Both the position numbers and the translations under genes were made by a program. The notes beneath the pieces are model-generated. The model ran no database searches. It was given only the letters and a program-made list of their open reading frames with translations, and had not been told where the DNA came from. DNA of 64,000 nucleotides. Source: Phycisphaerae bacterium. GTDB taxonomy: Bacteria > Planctomycetota > Phycisphaerae > WQYP01. The stretch lies in the NCBI GenBank assembly GCA_035504095.1, contig DATJSN010000099.1:2093-66092 (forward strand), given 5' to 3'. Of the stretch, positions 48,009 to 57,981 are shown piece by piece. Positions within the stretch are counted from its first letter, which is position 1; each line of letters opens with the position of its first letter.

Positions 48009-49838
48009 ATGTGCGGAATTGTAGCTTATGTGGGACATAAAGACATTCAACCCCTCCTGATCGAAGGGCTTAAACGGCTCGAATACCGGGGCTACGATTC
48101 AGCCGGAATATGTGTCTCGACTGAAAATGGTTTTTTTATTCGCAAAGCGGCCGGCAGAATCAGCGTGCTGGAATCGATTTTGGAAGAAGACAAGCCACCC
48201 AAGAGTCACGTTGGAATGGCCCATACACGCTGGGCAACACATGGAGAACCAACGGAAATCAACGCCCATCCACATATGGATGACCGCAAAACCGTGGCCG
48301 TGGTTCATAACGGTATTATTGAAAATTACACCGCTATCAAACAATTTCTCTCTGAAAAAGGCCATACCTTTGTCAGTCAGACGGACACGGAAGCCCTGGC
48401 CGCACTCATTGGTCATTTTTATGACGGCGATTTGGCCAAGGCCGTCCAATCCGCGTTGCGTGAAGTGCGCGGAACCTATGGACTTGCCGTTATGTGCGTT
48501 GCCGAACCTAAAACCCTGGTCGTGGCGCGCCGTGGTTCGCCGCTGATCATTGGCATCGGTAAGGATGAATACGTCGTTGCTTCAGATGCGGCGGCAATTG
48601 TCGAACACACCACTCAAGTGGTTTACCTCAATGATAATGAAATGGCGGTTCTTAAACCCGGCTATTTTAAAACCACGACCATTGACGACATACCCATCAC
48701 CAAAGAAGTCAAAGAAGTTGAGTTTTCGCTGCAACAAATTGAGCTTGGCGGCTATCCACACTTTATGCTTAAAGAAATTTTTGAACAGCCGGAAGCAATC
48801 GCCAATTGTCTTCGCGGACGTGTCGACAGAAATGAAGGCCGCGTCGTTCTTGGCGGTTTGTCACAATACAGCAGGGATATCGTTCGCGCCAGGCGGATTA
48901 TTATCACTGGTTGTGGCACGGCGTGGCACGCGGGGTTGGTGGGAGAATTTTTATTTGAGGAACTGGCCAAAATTCCTACCGAAGTTGAATACGCCAGTGA
49001 ATTTCGTTATCGCAATCCAATCATTGAAGATGGAACCATTGTCATCGCCATCAGCCAGTCGGGTGAAACTCTTGATACGCTGGCCGCGTTACGTGAAGCC
49101 AAGGATCGTGGCGCACTAAGTCTGGGCATTGTGAATGTGGTTGGCAGCACGATCGCTCGTGAAACTGATTCGGGCATTTATTTACACGTCGGTCCGGAAA
49201 TCGGCGTAGCCAGCACCAAAGCCTTCTGTGGACAGATCGTTGTTGAAGTCCTGCTGGCGCTGAGCATTGCACGGCGTAAATATATGTCGCAAAACGTCTT
49301 GAATGAATTTCTCGATGCCCTGATCAAAATCCCCGAACAAATGCGTTCCATTCTGGATCGAAGCAATACGATTAGGGAAGTTACCAGTCAGTTCGTTCAG
49401 CGTGAAAACTGGTTGTTCTTGGGACGCGGTTTTAACTATCCGGTAGCGCTGGAAGGCGCGTTGAAACTCAAAGAAATCAGTTACATTCACGCCGAAGGTC
49501 TGCCCGCAGCGGAAATGAAACATGGACCGATTGCCCTTATCACTCCGGGCATGCCGGTGGTATTTATTGCTACACGCTCCAGTCAATACGAAAAACTCAT
49601 AGGCAATATTCAGGAAGTCAAAGCCCGGGGCGGAAAAGTGATTGCGGTTGCCAGTGAAGGCGATGAACACATCACTCGCGTCGTGGACCATGTGATTACG
49701 GTGCCGGACACCATCGAACCGCTTCAGCCGCTTTTGACCGTTTTACCTCTGCAATTGCTGGCTTATCACGCGGCAGTAGCACGCGGTTGCAACGTCGACA
49801 AACCACGCAATCTGGCTAAGAGCGTCACTGTTGAATAA
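48009..49838 (+). CDS. glmS: Glutamine--fructose-6-phosphate transaminase (isomerizing)
   Basis: MCGIV, LEYRGYDSAG, HTRWATHG, SQSGET and PRNLAKSVTVE motifs. Confidence 0.97.
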   Translation: MCGIVAYVGHKDIQPLLIEGLKRLEYRGYDSAGICVSTENGFFIRKAAGRISVLESILEEDKPPKSHVGMAHTRWATHGEPTEINAHPHMDDRKTVAVVHNGIIENYTAIKQFLSEKGHTFVSQTDTEALAALIGHFYDGDLAKAVQSALREVRGTYGLAVMCVAEPKTLVVARRGSPLIIGIGKDEYVVASDAAAIVEHTTQVVYLNDNEMAVLKPGYFKTTTIDDIPITKEVKEVEFSLQQIELGGYPHFMLKEIFEQPEAIANCLRGRVDRNEGRVVLGGLSQYSRDIVRARRIIITGCGTAWHAGLVGEFLFEELAKIPTEVEYASEFRYRNPIIEDGTIVIAISQSGETLDTLAALREAKDRGALSLGIVNVVGSTIARETDSGIYLHVGPEIGVASTKAFCGQIVVEVLLALSIARRKYMSQNVLNEFLDALIKIPEQMRSILDRSNTIREVTSQFVQRENWLFLGRGFNYPVALEGALKLKEISYIHAEGLPAAEMKHGPIALITPGMPVVFIATRSSQYEKLIGNIQEVKARGGKVIAVASEGDEHITRVVDHVITVPDTIEPLQPLLTVLPLQLLAYHAAVARGCNVDKPRNLAKSVTVE

Positions 49839-49874
49839 TCTCATCTCTGTTTAATCAAATCGACAGGCTAAGGC

Positions 49875-50816
49875 TTATTCAGTAAAAAGTGATTCAATAA
49901 ACTGCTCTGGATCAAACGGTGCAATATCTTCAGGTTTTTCTCCGAGTCCGACGAATTTTACCGGCAATCCCAATTGTTGCCGGATCGCAATGACAATTCC
50001 ACCTCGCGCCGTTCCATCGAGTTTACTTAAGAATATTCCCGTCAGATCAACCGCCTTTTTAAATTCCTCAGCCTGGCGAATTGCGTTTTGTCCAGTGGTT
50101 GCGTCAAGGACCAGTAGTGATTCATGTGGACCTCCGGGGATATTTTTCTGCACCACTCGATTAATTTTTCCCAATTCGCGCATCAGATGATCTTGCGTAT
50201 GAAGACGCCCCGCCGTGTCAATAATCAACACGTCGATTTTACGCGCAATCGCCGCCTGACAGGCGTCAAAAGCCACCGCTGCCGGATCGCTCCCCATTTG
50301 ATGTTTGACAATATCAACACCGATGCGTGACGCCCAAATGCTCAACTGCTCCACGGCGGCGGCGCGAAACGTGTCGCAGGCTGCAATCAAAACGGTTTTC
50401 TTGCGATCTTTGAGATATTGGCCCAGTTTGGCAATGCTAGTGGTTTTGCCCGCGCCGTTAACACCGGTAACCAGTATTACCGTTGGCCCCGTAGCTGCAA
50501 ATCGCAATTCACGGCTTTCGGGCGGCCAATATGTCGCCATTCGCCGTTTAAGAAAATCAAGCACCTGATCGCCGGAATTAATTTGTTTATTCTTCCACGC
50601 TTCCTGAAGATCCGCGATCATTCGATTGGCGGTTGACACGCCGATATCCGCCAGGATCAGGCGCTGGCGCAATTCGTCTATAAGCTCTTGGTTCAGAACC
50701 CGGCCGCGAAGAAGAGAACGCAGAGAACCAATAAAAGCCTGCCGCGTACGACTTAGCGAACCGCGAAGTTTTTCTATCCCTTGCTCAAACGTTTTTCGAA
50801 GAAAATCAAATGCCAT
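49875..50816 (-). CDS. ftsY: Signal recognition particle receptor
   Basis: GVNGAGKTT, DTFRAAA, DTAGRLHT and KLDGTARGG motifs. Confidence 0.96.
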   Translation of the reverse strand: MAFDFLRKTFEQGIEKLRGSLSRTRQAFIGSLRSLLRGRVLNQELIDELRQRLILADIGVSTANRMIADLQEAWKNKQINSGDQVLDFLKRRMATYWPPESRELRFAATGPTVILVTGVNGAGKTTSIAKLGQYLKDRKKTVLIAACDTFRAAAVEQLSIWASRIGVDIVKHQMGSDPAAVAFDACQAAIARKIDVLIIDTAGRLHTQDHLMRELGKINRVVQKNIPGGPHESLLVLDATTGQNAIRQAEEFKKAVDLTGIFLSKLDGTARGGIVIAIRQQLGLPVKFVGLGEKPEDIAPFDPEQFIESLFTE

Positions 50817-50865
50817 GGACGTTGTGTCTCGCCGATTAATAGCTTGTTTAGAATCAAAAAATATT

Positions 50866-52749
50866 CTATAGCGTGCGACGATGTGCGGTTAACAAATCGC
50901 TTCTAGTGATAATGCCCGCAACCTTATCAGGGTGATCCCTGGTTACCACAACCAATCGCCCGATTCCATGTCTTGCCATTAAAGCATCGGCGAAACGCAG
51001 GGTATTTTCCGGCAGAATGACCACTGGCGCACGCTGAATCAGATCTTCAAGCGATCGATCAATGCTTTGATCCGGATTCAATATCTCAGCATAAGATAAT
51101 ATGCCGATAAGCCTTTGATGTTCGTCCACAACCGGATAGGCGTGGTGACGGCTTATGGCTTTTTCGGTCTGAATCTTTTTCCGGGCTTCCTGAAGCGTTT
51201 GAGATCCCTGGAGTACAACAACGTGCCGACTGCAGGCGTCCCGCACAAATAGGCGATCAAGAAAATCAACCGTATACTCTGTTCTCGCCCGCATTCCACG
51301 CCGAGTCATATGTTCTGTCATAATTCCCTCACGAACCATGAGACTGGCGACAAGAATTGCGGTGCTGCACCCCGCCAAAACGGGCAGTAATGTGTTCGGC
51401 TCCAGCGTGGATTCGACCGCAAACACCACCGATGTTAAAAATGCCCTCGAAGCGCCAGCAAACAATGCTGCCATACCCACCAGAGCCGCAACCCGGACGT
51501 CAAAACCTGTAATAGCGGTTACATGCGCCAGAGCCGCCAGATGATTTATGGCTTTTGCCAAAAGCGTCCCCATGGAACCGCCGACGATAAAAATTGGAGC
51601 CAGTGTTCCTCCGGATGATCCACCGCCCAGTGCGACAATCCAGGCAATCGATTTAAGAATCATCAACAGGACGATCGTCTTGAACAACATATCTCCCTGC
51701 AGTAATCCCAAAATATCCGAATACCCAAAACCCAGGACGTGATAATCAATCAAGGCACATGCGCCCACTACCACTGATGCGATCGCCGGCCACCACATCC
51801 AGTGGACAGGCATGAACATATCGAAAGCGTCTTCAACAACGCGCAGCGCCCGCGTTATGACGGCAGCAGCGACGCCCACCACTAAACCAATTAGTGCATA
51901 AATAATCAGCGCTTGAACCGTTGTCGGGCTGACGACCAATGACGTTACCGGCAGCGTAAAATGGTGGCCTTTAACCCATTTAATAACGGGTATGGCCATG
52001 CTAAATGTCGGATCTCCGCCTCTGTTCCAAAGCCGAATACCCGCCGCGGTCGCACTGGCTAAAGCCACCGGAATTAAAGAGCGAAGACGAAATTCAAACA
52101 AAAGTAGTTCCAGCGCCAATAGAACCGCGGCTACCGGCGTTCCATATACCGCCGCCAATCCTGCCGCCGCGCCTGCGCCTAAAAGAGCTTTTCGCTCTTC
52201 TTCAGTCATCCGAAAGAACTGCCCAAATACCGAACCAAAAGCGCCCCCGGTTTGAATAACCGGCCCCTCCACTCCAAACGGGGCTCCGGTTCCAATGCTG
52301 ATCGCCGCCGCCAGCGGTCTGAGTAGAATAACCTTGGCCGGAATTTTGCTTTGATTAAATAAAATAGCTTCCATGGCCTCAGGAATGCCCTGCCCGCGAA
52401 CCGCAGTGGGACCCAATCGGGATAGCAACCCTATTGCCACGCCCCCGATAATTGGAATAAAAAAGATCCAAACGCCAAGAGAAGCGTTAGTGGGGTCAAC
52501 ATAGTGCAGATCAAATCGCTGCCGAAACAAAAAATTGCCCAGCGGTGCAATCATGTAACGAATGAGAATTAAAGCTGAAGCTGCGGTGACGGCGCCGATA
52601 AGGATGGAAAGAAAACAAAGTTTCCACATTCTCGCCGTTGCCTGGGAAGTAGAAGTATCGGCGGGTGTGTCATGTGATGTCAAATCCAGCAGCGTGGAAA
52701 CACTCGGCGGTTCGGCGACTGGATGTTGCGTTTCTTTTGGTTCGGACAT
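50866..52749 (-). CDS. ClC family chloride channel/antiporter with CBS domains
   Basis: GQGIPE, GVEGP and GGTLAP motifs; multiple TM helices; C-terminal CBS pair ending GIITRSDLL. Confidence 0.9.
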   Translation of the reverse strand: MSEPKETQHPVAEPPSVSTLLDLTSHDTPADTSTSQATARMWKLCFLSILIGAVTAASALILIRYMIAPLGNFLFRQRFDLHYVDPTNASLGVWIFFIPIIGGVAIGLLSRLGPTAVRGQGIPEAMEAILFNQSKIPAKVILLRPLAAAISIGTGAPFGVEGPVIQTGGAFGSVFGQFFRMTEEERKALLGAGAAAGLAAVYGTPVAAVLLALELLLFEFRLRSLIPVALASATAAGIRLWNRGGDPTFSMAIPVIKWVKGHHFTLPVTSLVVSPTTVQALIIYALIGLVVGVAAAVITRALRVVEDAFDMFMPVHWMWWPAIASVVVGACALIDYHVLGFGYSDILGLLQGDMLFKTIVLLMILKSIAWIVALGGGSSGGTLAPIFIVGGSMGTLLAKAINHLAALAHVTAITGFDVRVAALVGMAALFAGASRAFLTSVVFAVESTLEPNTLLPVLAGCSTAILVASLMVREGIMTEHMTRRGMRARTEYTVDFLDRLFVRDACSRHVVVLQGSQTLQEARKKIQTEKAISRHHAYPVVDEHQRLIGILSYAEILNPDQSIDRSLEDLIQRAPVVILPENTLRFADALMARHGIGRLVVVTRDHPDKVAGIITRSDLLTAHRRTL

Positions 52750-52825
52750 TCGCGAGAAGCCTCAAATAATCTGGATTTTACTCTGAGTTTACACCGGTCG
52801 GCCACGTTCATGTCCGACATTATAT

Positions 52826-53296
52826 TTAGCCGCCGCTTTTGGTTCCTGCATTCGGCTTGGTCATCTTCAGATGTTCCTGAAGTGCGGCGTTTAATACACC
52901 ATTAATAAAACTTGTACTGTCTTGTGTTGAAAATGTGCGCGCCATATTGATCGCTTCGTCAAGAACGACTTTTGGCGGAGTATCGGGCTGATGCACCAAT
53001 TCCCACAGTGCCAGGCGGATCAAATTTAAATCTACCATTGTTAAACGCGAAAGCACCCAGTGCGGCATTAGGCGCTGGGCCCACTCATCGGATTGAGATC
53101 GATTTTCCCATGCCCCGTGGCTCATCGCGGATGCTATTTCCCTGACATCCGGATCATCTGTTTGTTGTTCAATAAATTGTTGCAACAAGTCGGTCAGAAA
53201 ATCATCGCCTTGCACCTGGGCTTGACACAAAGCCTGCAGTGCGATTCTTCGGGATTCAGAACGTTGTTGGTTCTTTTTTCTCACAAGAGCCTCCAA
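52826..53296 (-). CDS. nusB: Transcription antitermination factor
   Basis: RRIALQAL, DLNLIRLALWEL, VVLDEAI and FINGVL motifs; follows ribH. Confidence 0.92.
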   Translation of the reverse strand: MEALVRKKNQQRSESRRIALQALCQAQVQGDDFLTDLLQQFIEQQTDDPDVREIASAMSHGAWENRSQSDEWAQRLMPHWVLSRLTMVDLNLIRLALWELVHQPDTPPKVVLDEAINMARTFSTQDSTSFINGVLNAALQEHLKMTKPNAGTKSGG

Positions 53297-53314
53297 CGCT
53301 CTGGCGGTTGATTG

Positions 53315-53800
53315 TTATTTCTGCACCGCGTTTTTGAGTTTTTTCATGACCTGCGCCATCTCAATTGCCGCACACGCGGCATACCAGCCGGTATTGCCCA
53401 TTTTCAAACCGGCTCGATCCATGGCCTGTTCCACGTTATCCGCAGTAATCACGCCAAAAATGACTGGAATGCCGGTTTCAGGTCCGATACGACCGATTCC
53501 CTCGGCGGCCTGTTGGGCGACGTGGTCGAAATGCGCAGTTTGGCCGCGAATGATGCATCCCAGACAGATCACGGCGCTGTATTTCCCACCAAGCGCCAAT
53601 TGACGGGCGACGGTTGGAATTTCGATACTGCCGGGCACCCAAACCCTGAGAATCTGGCTCTCAAATGCACCATGACGCAAAAGCGCATCGACCGCGGCAT
53701 CCGCAAGCCGGGTGGTAATCATTCCGTTAAATTCCGCGACAACAATGGCGAATTTCTGATCTTTGTTTATCGCCAATTCTCCGCGTATTTCCTGGATCAT
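53315..53800 (-). CDS. ribH: 6,7-dimethyl-8-ribityllumazine synthase
   Basis: AIVVAEFN, VPGSIEIP, LGCIIRGQTAHFD and PVIFGV motifs. Confidence 0.95.
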   Translation of the reverse strand: MIQEIRGELAINKDQKFAIVVAEFNGMITTRLADAAVDALLRHGAFESQILRVWVPGSIEIPTVARQLALGGKYSAVICLGCIIRGQTAHFDHVAQQAAEGIGRIGPETGIPVIFGVITADNVEQAMDRAGLKMGNTGWYAACAAIEMAQVMKKLKNAVQK

Positions 53801-53845
53801 CAGGTGAAATCTCCCGGTCTAGGTGGCTTCATCAACTCAATTTTA

Positions 53846-53929
53846 TGCCGGAGGAGGGAATCGAACCCACACTCTCTTGCGAGAACCGGATTTTGAATCC
53901 GGCGCGTCTGCCAGTTCCGCCACTCCGGC
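53846..53929 (-). tRNA. tRNA-Leu(CAA)
   Basis: Minus strand GCCGGAGTGGCGGAACTGGCAGACGCG-CCGGA-TTCAAAA-TCCGG, long variable arm, then GTGGGTTCGATTCCCTC-CTCCGGCA. CCA is not encoded. Confidence 0.96.
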
Positions 53930-53940
53930 GCAAAAGATAG

Positions 53941-53969
53941 ATTATAGAGTGATAACGATTTCGTAACAA
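53941..53969 (-). promoter_or_regulatory. Probable promoter for tRNA-Leu and the downstream ribH-nusB genes
   Basis: The minus strand reads TTGTTA-N17-TATAAT, ending just upstream of the tRNA 5' end. Confidence 0.6.
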
Positions 53970-53996
53970 AGCATCAATGAGTTCACAATCTGCGTC

Positions 53997-55625
53997 TTAG
54001 CGTGCCAGCTCAACCGCACGCACTTCACGCAGGACCGTTACACGAATTTCTCCCGGAAATGTCAATTCCGATTGAATGCGGTTGGCGATTTCGCGGGCGA
54101 TAAGTTTGGCTGTCGCATCATCGCACTTTTCCGGATCGACAATAACGCGGACTTCGCGCCCCGCCTGGATGGCAAAAGCCTGTCTGACCGGCCCATGAGC
54201 CATGGCAATCGTCTCAAGCTCCTGAAGCCGTTTGATGTAACGTTCCAGCGATTCGCGTCGTGCCCCGGGCCGGGCACCACTGATGGCATCCGCAGCCATA
54301 ACGATTGGTGTATACGGCGTGGTAGACGGAATGTCGCTATGATGACCGCCAATGGCATTAAGCACTGCTTCAGGCTCATTAAATTTACGGCAAAATTCCA
54401 TACCCAGGGCCGGATGGCCGCCTTCCTGGTCATGGTCCATGGCCTTGCCAATGTCATGAAGCAAACCGGCCCTCCGCGCCAGGGCGCCGTCTAAACGCAA
54501 TTCATCGGCGATCATTTGAGCGATATATGCGACTTCCATTGAATGCCGCAGAACATTTTGTCCATAACTGGTGCGATAATGAAGTCGGCCGAGCATTTCC
54601 ATAATTCTCGGATGCACGTTGGGAATATTGGCTTCGATAATCGCTTTTTTACCGACCTGTCGGATGTTATTTTCGATCTCTTTCTGTGTTGCATCGACAA
54701 TTTCTTCGATCCTTGCCGGATGAATGCGCCCGTCGGCGATGAGTTTTTCCAGCGTTATACGGGCAACCTCTCTGCGGATCGGATCAAAGCAATTAACAGT
54801 GATCACACCCGGTGTATCGTCAATGATTACATCCACACCAGTAGCTTGTTCAAAAGCGCGGATATTCCGTCCTTCACGGCCGATGATGCGACCTTTCATG
54901 TCATCACTGGGAATCGCAACTGACTTGGTCGTGCCTTCACTGGTGACTTCTGCGGCGTAGCGCTGCATCGCCTGAAGCATAATATTTGACGCTTTTTGTT
55001 TGGCTTCCTCACGCGCCTGTTCCTCGATTTTCTCCACCATGATGGCCATCTCATGGCGGACTTCTCCTTCCACGCGCGTAAGCAGCAGTTGTTTGGCGTC
55101 TTCCACGGACATATTGGTAATTTGTAGAAGAATCTCTTTTTCGCGAGCCAGCGTCTGATCGATTTGCTGTTCCTTGATCTGCAAATTGCGGTTCCGGTCG
55201 GTCAGCGAACGTTCCAGATTTTCCAGATTTTTTTCCTTGGTGGTCAGCGTATCGAGCTTTTGATCCAGTGTGTCTTCGCGCTTAAGCAACCGCTCTTCGA
55301 TTTTACGCATTTCCTCCCGCGAAGATTCAACATCGCGGTCCGCCTGTTCACGTAATTTAAGTGATTCGTCTTTGGCCGTTAGTTGCGCTTGTTTAACCAG
55401 ATCCGCGGCTTGTCTCTTAGCATCATCAACCAGCTTTTCAGCTTCCACCCGGCTGCGGCTCAGTGTCGTTTTTCCGATGGCCTTTGCCAACAAAAAAGCA
55501 ACTGCAATGCCTGCCAGAACCCCACCAACGCCAAATACAAAATCCATGGGGTCCAATACCGCAATCGGTAATACCAGAATCGGAGAAATGCCCTTTCCTC
55601 CACCTAATATGGACAAAATATGCAT
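53997..55625 (-). CDS. rny: Ribonuclease Y
   Basis: N-terminal TM, coiled coil, KH domain (KGRIIGREGRNIR) and HD domain (GLLHDIGKA, ADAISGARPGAR). Confidence 0.96.
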   Translation of the reverse strand: MHILSILGGGKGISPILVLPIAVLDPMDFVFGVGGVLAGIAVAFLLAKAIGKTTLSRSRVEAEKLVDDAKRQAADLVKQAQLTAKDESLKLREQADRDVESSREEMRKIEERLLKREDTLDQKLDTLTTKEKNLENLERSLTDRNRNLQIKEQQIDQTLAREKEILLQITNMSVEDAKQLLLTRVEGEVRHEMAIMVEKIEEQAREEAKQKASNIMLQAMQRYAAEVTSEGTTKSVAIPSDDMKGRIIGREGRNIRAFEQATGVDVIIDDTPGVITVNCFDPIRREVARITLEKLIADGRIHPARIEEIVDATQKEIENNIRQVGKKAIIEANIPNVHPRIMEMLGRLHYRTSYGQNVLRHSMEVAYIAQMIADELRLDGALARRAGLLHDIGKAMDHDQEGGHPALGMEFCRKFNEPEAVLNAIGGHHSDIPSTTPYTPIVMAADAISGARPGARRESLERYIKRLQELETIAMAHGPVRQAFAIQAGREVRVIVDPEKCDDATAKLIAREIANRIQSELTFPGEIRVTVLREVRAVELAR

Positions 55626-55807
55626 ATGCCAACCTCACCTTTCGATTCGAACACAAATCGTTCGAATTACAACGCCCGCCATTTTCTTCGGCGCACGCCG
55701 CGCCGCGGGAGATTGACACGTCTGAGCGTGTTGAGTTTTTTCAAACCCAGCATCGGCTCGCCGCAAACTTTATTGACGAATAATTTGTCACCTGTAGGAA
55801 GATGGCA

Positions 55808-56012
55808 GGCGAATGAACAGATCAGAATCCTGTAGACTTATACGCGTAGACAACTCGCCGGCTTTATATAATTGGCTGTTGAACTACAGCTCCGGAGATT
55901 CGTACCTCCGCCGCAAAGATTCCCCGACGGAGATTTTCGCACCGTGTAAGGCGGTTATGCTCACGGAAATCGAGTGTAAGTCCTGGATGATCCACCTGAT
56001 TCACCATTCGTC
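55808..56012 (-). ncRNA. ssrS: Probable 6S RNA
   Basis: ~205-nt rod: the ends pair (CGAATG/CATTCG, ATCAG/CTGAT, ATCC/GGAT, GACTTA/TAAGTC), with a large central bubble and an apical stem at 55904-55934. It lies upstream of rny, a context where 6S is often found. Strand not certain. Confidence 0.65.
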
Positions 56013-56348
56013 AATCTATATGCAGTCCATATTTTCCCGGACTGCGCGGTTCATCGGAAAAAACCCGACGCACCGCATTAAACAGCTCGCATCTACGCAA
56101 AATTCGTTCAACTTAAATTTTGAGATAGCGTCATATAGACCGCGCCAGCTGTGTCAATCCAAAACATTACAACAGGAACCCGACATAACCATTCAAAATA
56201 TGGTTGAGTCAGTTCTGTAGTTTTCTGATGTTAACAATTAATATTATTTTGGTCAAGATTCTGATTTTCAGAGTTTTATAACGCAAAGATGACAATACTT
56301 TGGTAAGTGTTATTGTGGTATTCATTCTTGATTTAAAGGAGACAATCT

Positions 56349-56741
56349 ATGGCAGATACAACACCAGGAAAATCGGAACCAGCCACGGAAATGGCCGCCG
56401 AGCGAACCGTACTCGCCTGGATAAGAACCGGACTGGCATTGATGGGGTTTGGATTTGTCGTGGCCAAGTTTGGTTTATTTCTTCGGGAACTGGCTGAATT
56501 GCATGAACCGGGCATGAGCCTGCAAGACAATCAATCGTTCTCGCTTTGGGCCGGCATAGCCCTGGTCTTTTTGGGAATCACGGTTAATGTGATCGCGGCG
56601 ATTCGCTATGCGGGCATCTTTGCTCGGATTCGTGCCGGTATAACGCCGGTCATGCCCAGCCGTTCAGGAACATCGATTATAGCCTTGATATTGGCACTCA
56701 TCGGTATGGTTATTGTGATATATCTTTTACAAGTGGGCTGA
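56349..56741 (+). CDS. YidH/DUF202 family membrane protein
   Basis: MAAERTVLAWIRTGLALMGFGFVVAKF signature. Confidence 0.9.
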   Translation: MADTTPGKSEPATEMAAERTVLAWIRTGLALMGFGFVVAKFGLFLRELAELHEPGMSLQDNQSFSLWAGIALVFLGITVNVIAAIRYAGIFARIRAGITPVMPSRSGTSIIALILALIGMVIVIYLLQVG

Positions 56742-56758
56742 TCGCAGGCAAAGTTATA

Positions 56759-57910
56759 TTAATTTTTGCCGTCCACTTCCGATGATTCAAGACCAGGCGG
56801 GTGAATCCCAGGGGGCAAATTCAGCGTATTCTCTATGGGGTGCGCCGGATTAATCATGATCACCGGCGTGCCGATTTGCACCATTGTTGCCAGATGCGCG
56901 GCATCCCAGTTTGTCATACGAAAACAACCATGTGAACCTGTGATGCCGATGTATTGCGGCACCGGATTACCATGCATACCAACCCCGGGAATATTCAATC
57001 CCATCCACACAACACCCACAGGATTGCGCGGTCCCGGAGGAATTAAAAGTTTCTTGTCTATACCATGCACTTCCGGCCAGGATTGAGGATCAAATGTGTA
57101 ATTCGGATCAAGTACAATCACCTGTATCACCCCGTTAGATGTTGGAAGATCTTCTTTAAGCCGTGCAATTGAACAGCGAAAGAGCGCTACTTCCTGATTA
57201 TTCTGGTTGTAAGCCCGGATGACTTTCTGAGCGAAATTAACCGTCAAGTACGCCACATCCGGATGAGGTATTTCCGTTTCATATTCATTCATCAAATCTG
57301 CAAGTCCGTCCGTCAAACCCAGATCATTAGGCCCGGGAAATGGACGAATGTTCGGGACATTGATTGTCTGACCAGCCTGTAGTGTATCCAGATCGACGCC
57401 TGGATTAAGCCGCTGAAGCAGACTCTCCATACAACGAAATTTTTCAGAAAGACAATCCGACAAAGAGCCGTAAGGCATCCGGTCGAGCGAAGCCATTTTC
57501 AGCCAATCGTGCATTTCCAGTTCGCCGACAGCCTGAATATCCTGTTGTGTTATGGCATACTGAGTAACGACATGATCAATATCGACGCCAAGGGCATTGT
57601 AAATACGCGGATCGTGCGGATTAAATGGATTAACTCCAGGGAAATTGTCGGCGGCATATTCCACCAGCGCCAGTCGTGAATTAGGACCAAATGAAGCATC
57701 CAGAATGCCCGGCGAATAATTGTTAGCCGCCAGCGCAATCTGCCAAGCTAGATCAATGCGTTGTTTTTGCGTGAGTTCTGGAGAAGCTATTGGCGCCGAT
57801 GCTGTAGACGGTTCAGTTGTCGCTGCTGCACAAACAAAACGTCCGGCCAAATATGTCGGAAGGAATAACAAAACTACTGCCGCATATACTGAAAGTTTAT
57901 TGTTGGTCAT
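56759..57910 (-). CDS. L,D-transpeptidase family protein with peptidoglycan-binding regions
   Basis: Signal peptide; QIALAANNYSPGILDASFGPNS (PG-binding-like); PPGPRNPVG and catalytic GMHG...SHGCFRMTNWD. Confidence 0.88.
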   Translation of the reverse strand: MTNNKLSVYAAVVLLFLPTYLAGRFVCAAATTEPSTASAPIASPELTQKQRIDLAWQIALAANNYSPGILDASFGPNSRLALVEYAADNFPGVNPFNPHDPRIYNALGVDIDHVVTQYAITQQDIQAVGELEMHDWLKMASLDRMPYGSLSDCLSEKFRCMESLLQRLNPGVDLDTLQAGQTINVPNIRPFPGPNDLGLTDGLADLMNEYETEIPHPDVAYLTVNFAQKVIRAYNQNNQEVALFRCSIARLKEDLPTSNGVIQVIVLDPNYTFDPQSWPEVHGIDKKLLIPPGPRNPVGVVWMGLNIPGVGMHGNPVPQYIGITGSHGCFRMTNWDAAHLATMVQIGTPVIMINPAHPIENTLNLPPGIHPPGLESSEVDGKN

Positions 57911-57981
57911 GATGTCAATCGCCTAGTCCGTAGGCTACAAGTATGGATTCCATCCACTCTATTTTTGAAAGTCGGAATTGC

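Noticed and set aside
53846-53929. tRNA-Leu as an integration site
   Set aside because: No integrase and no duplicated tRNA 3' end were seen, and the flanking genes are core genes.
55645-55712. Small hairpins in the rny leader (attcgaac/gttcgaat and acacg/cgtgt) as a riboswitch
   Set aside because: The stems are short and match no aptamer consensus I can identify.
55813-56220. 135-aa plus-strand ORF in the rny upstream region
   Set aside because: It has no recognisable motifs and overlaps the better-supported structured RNA.
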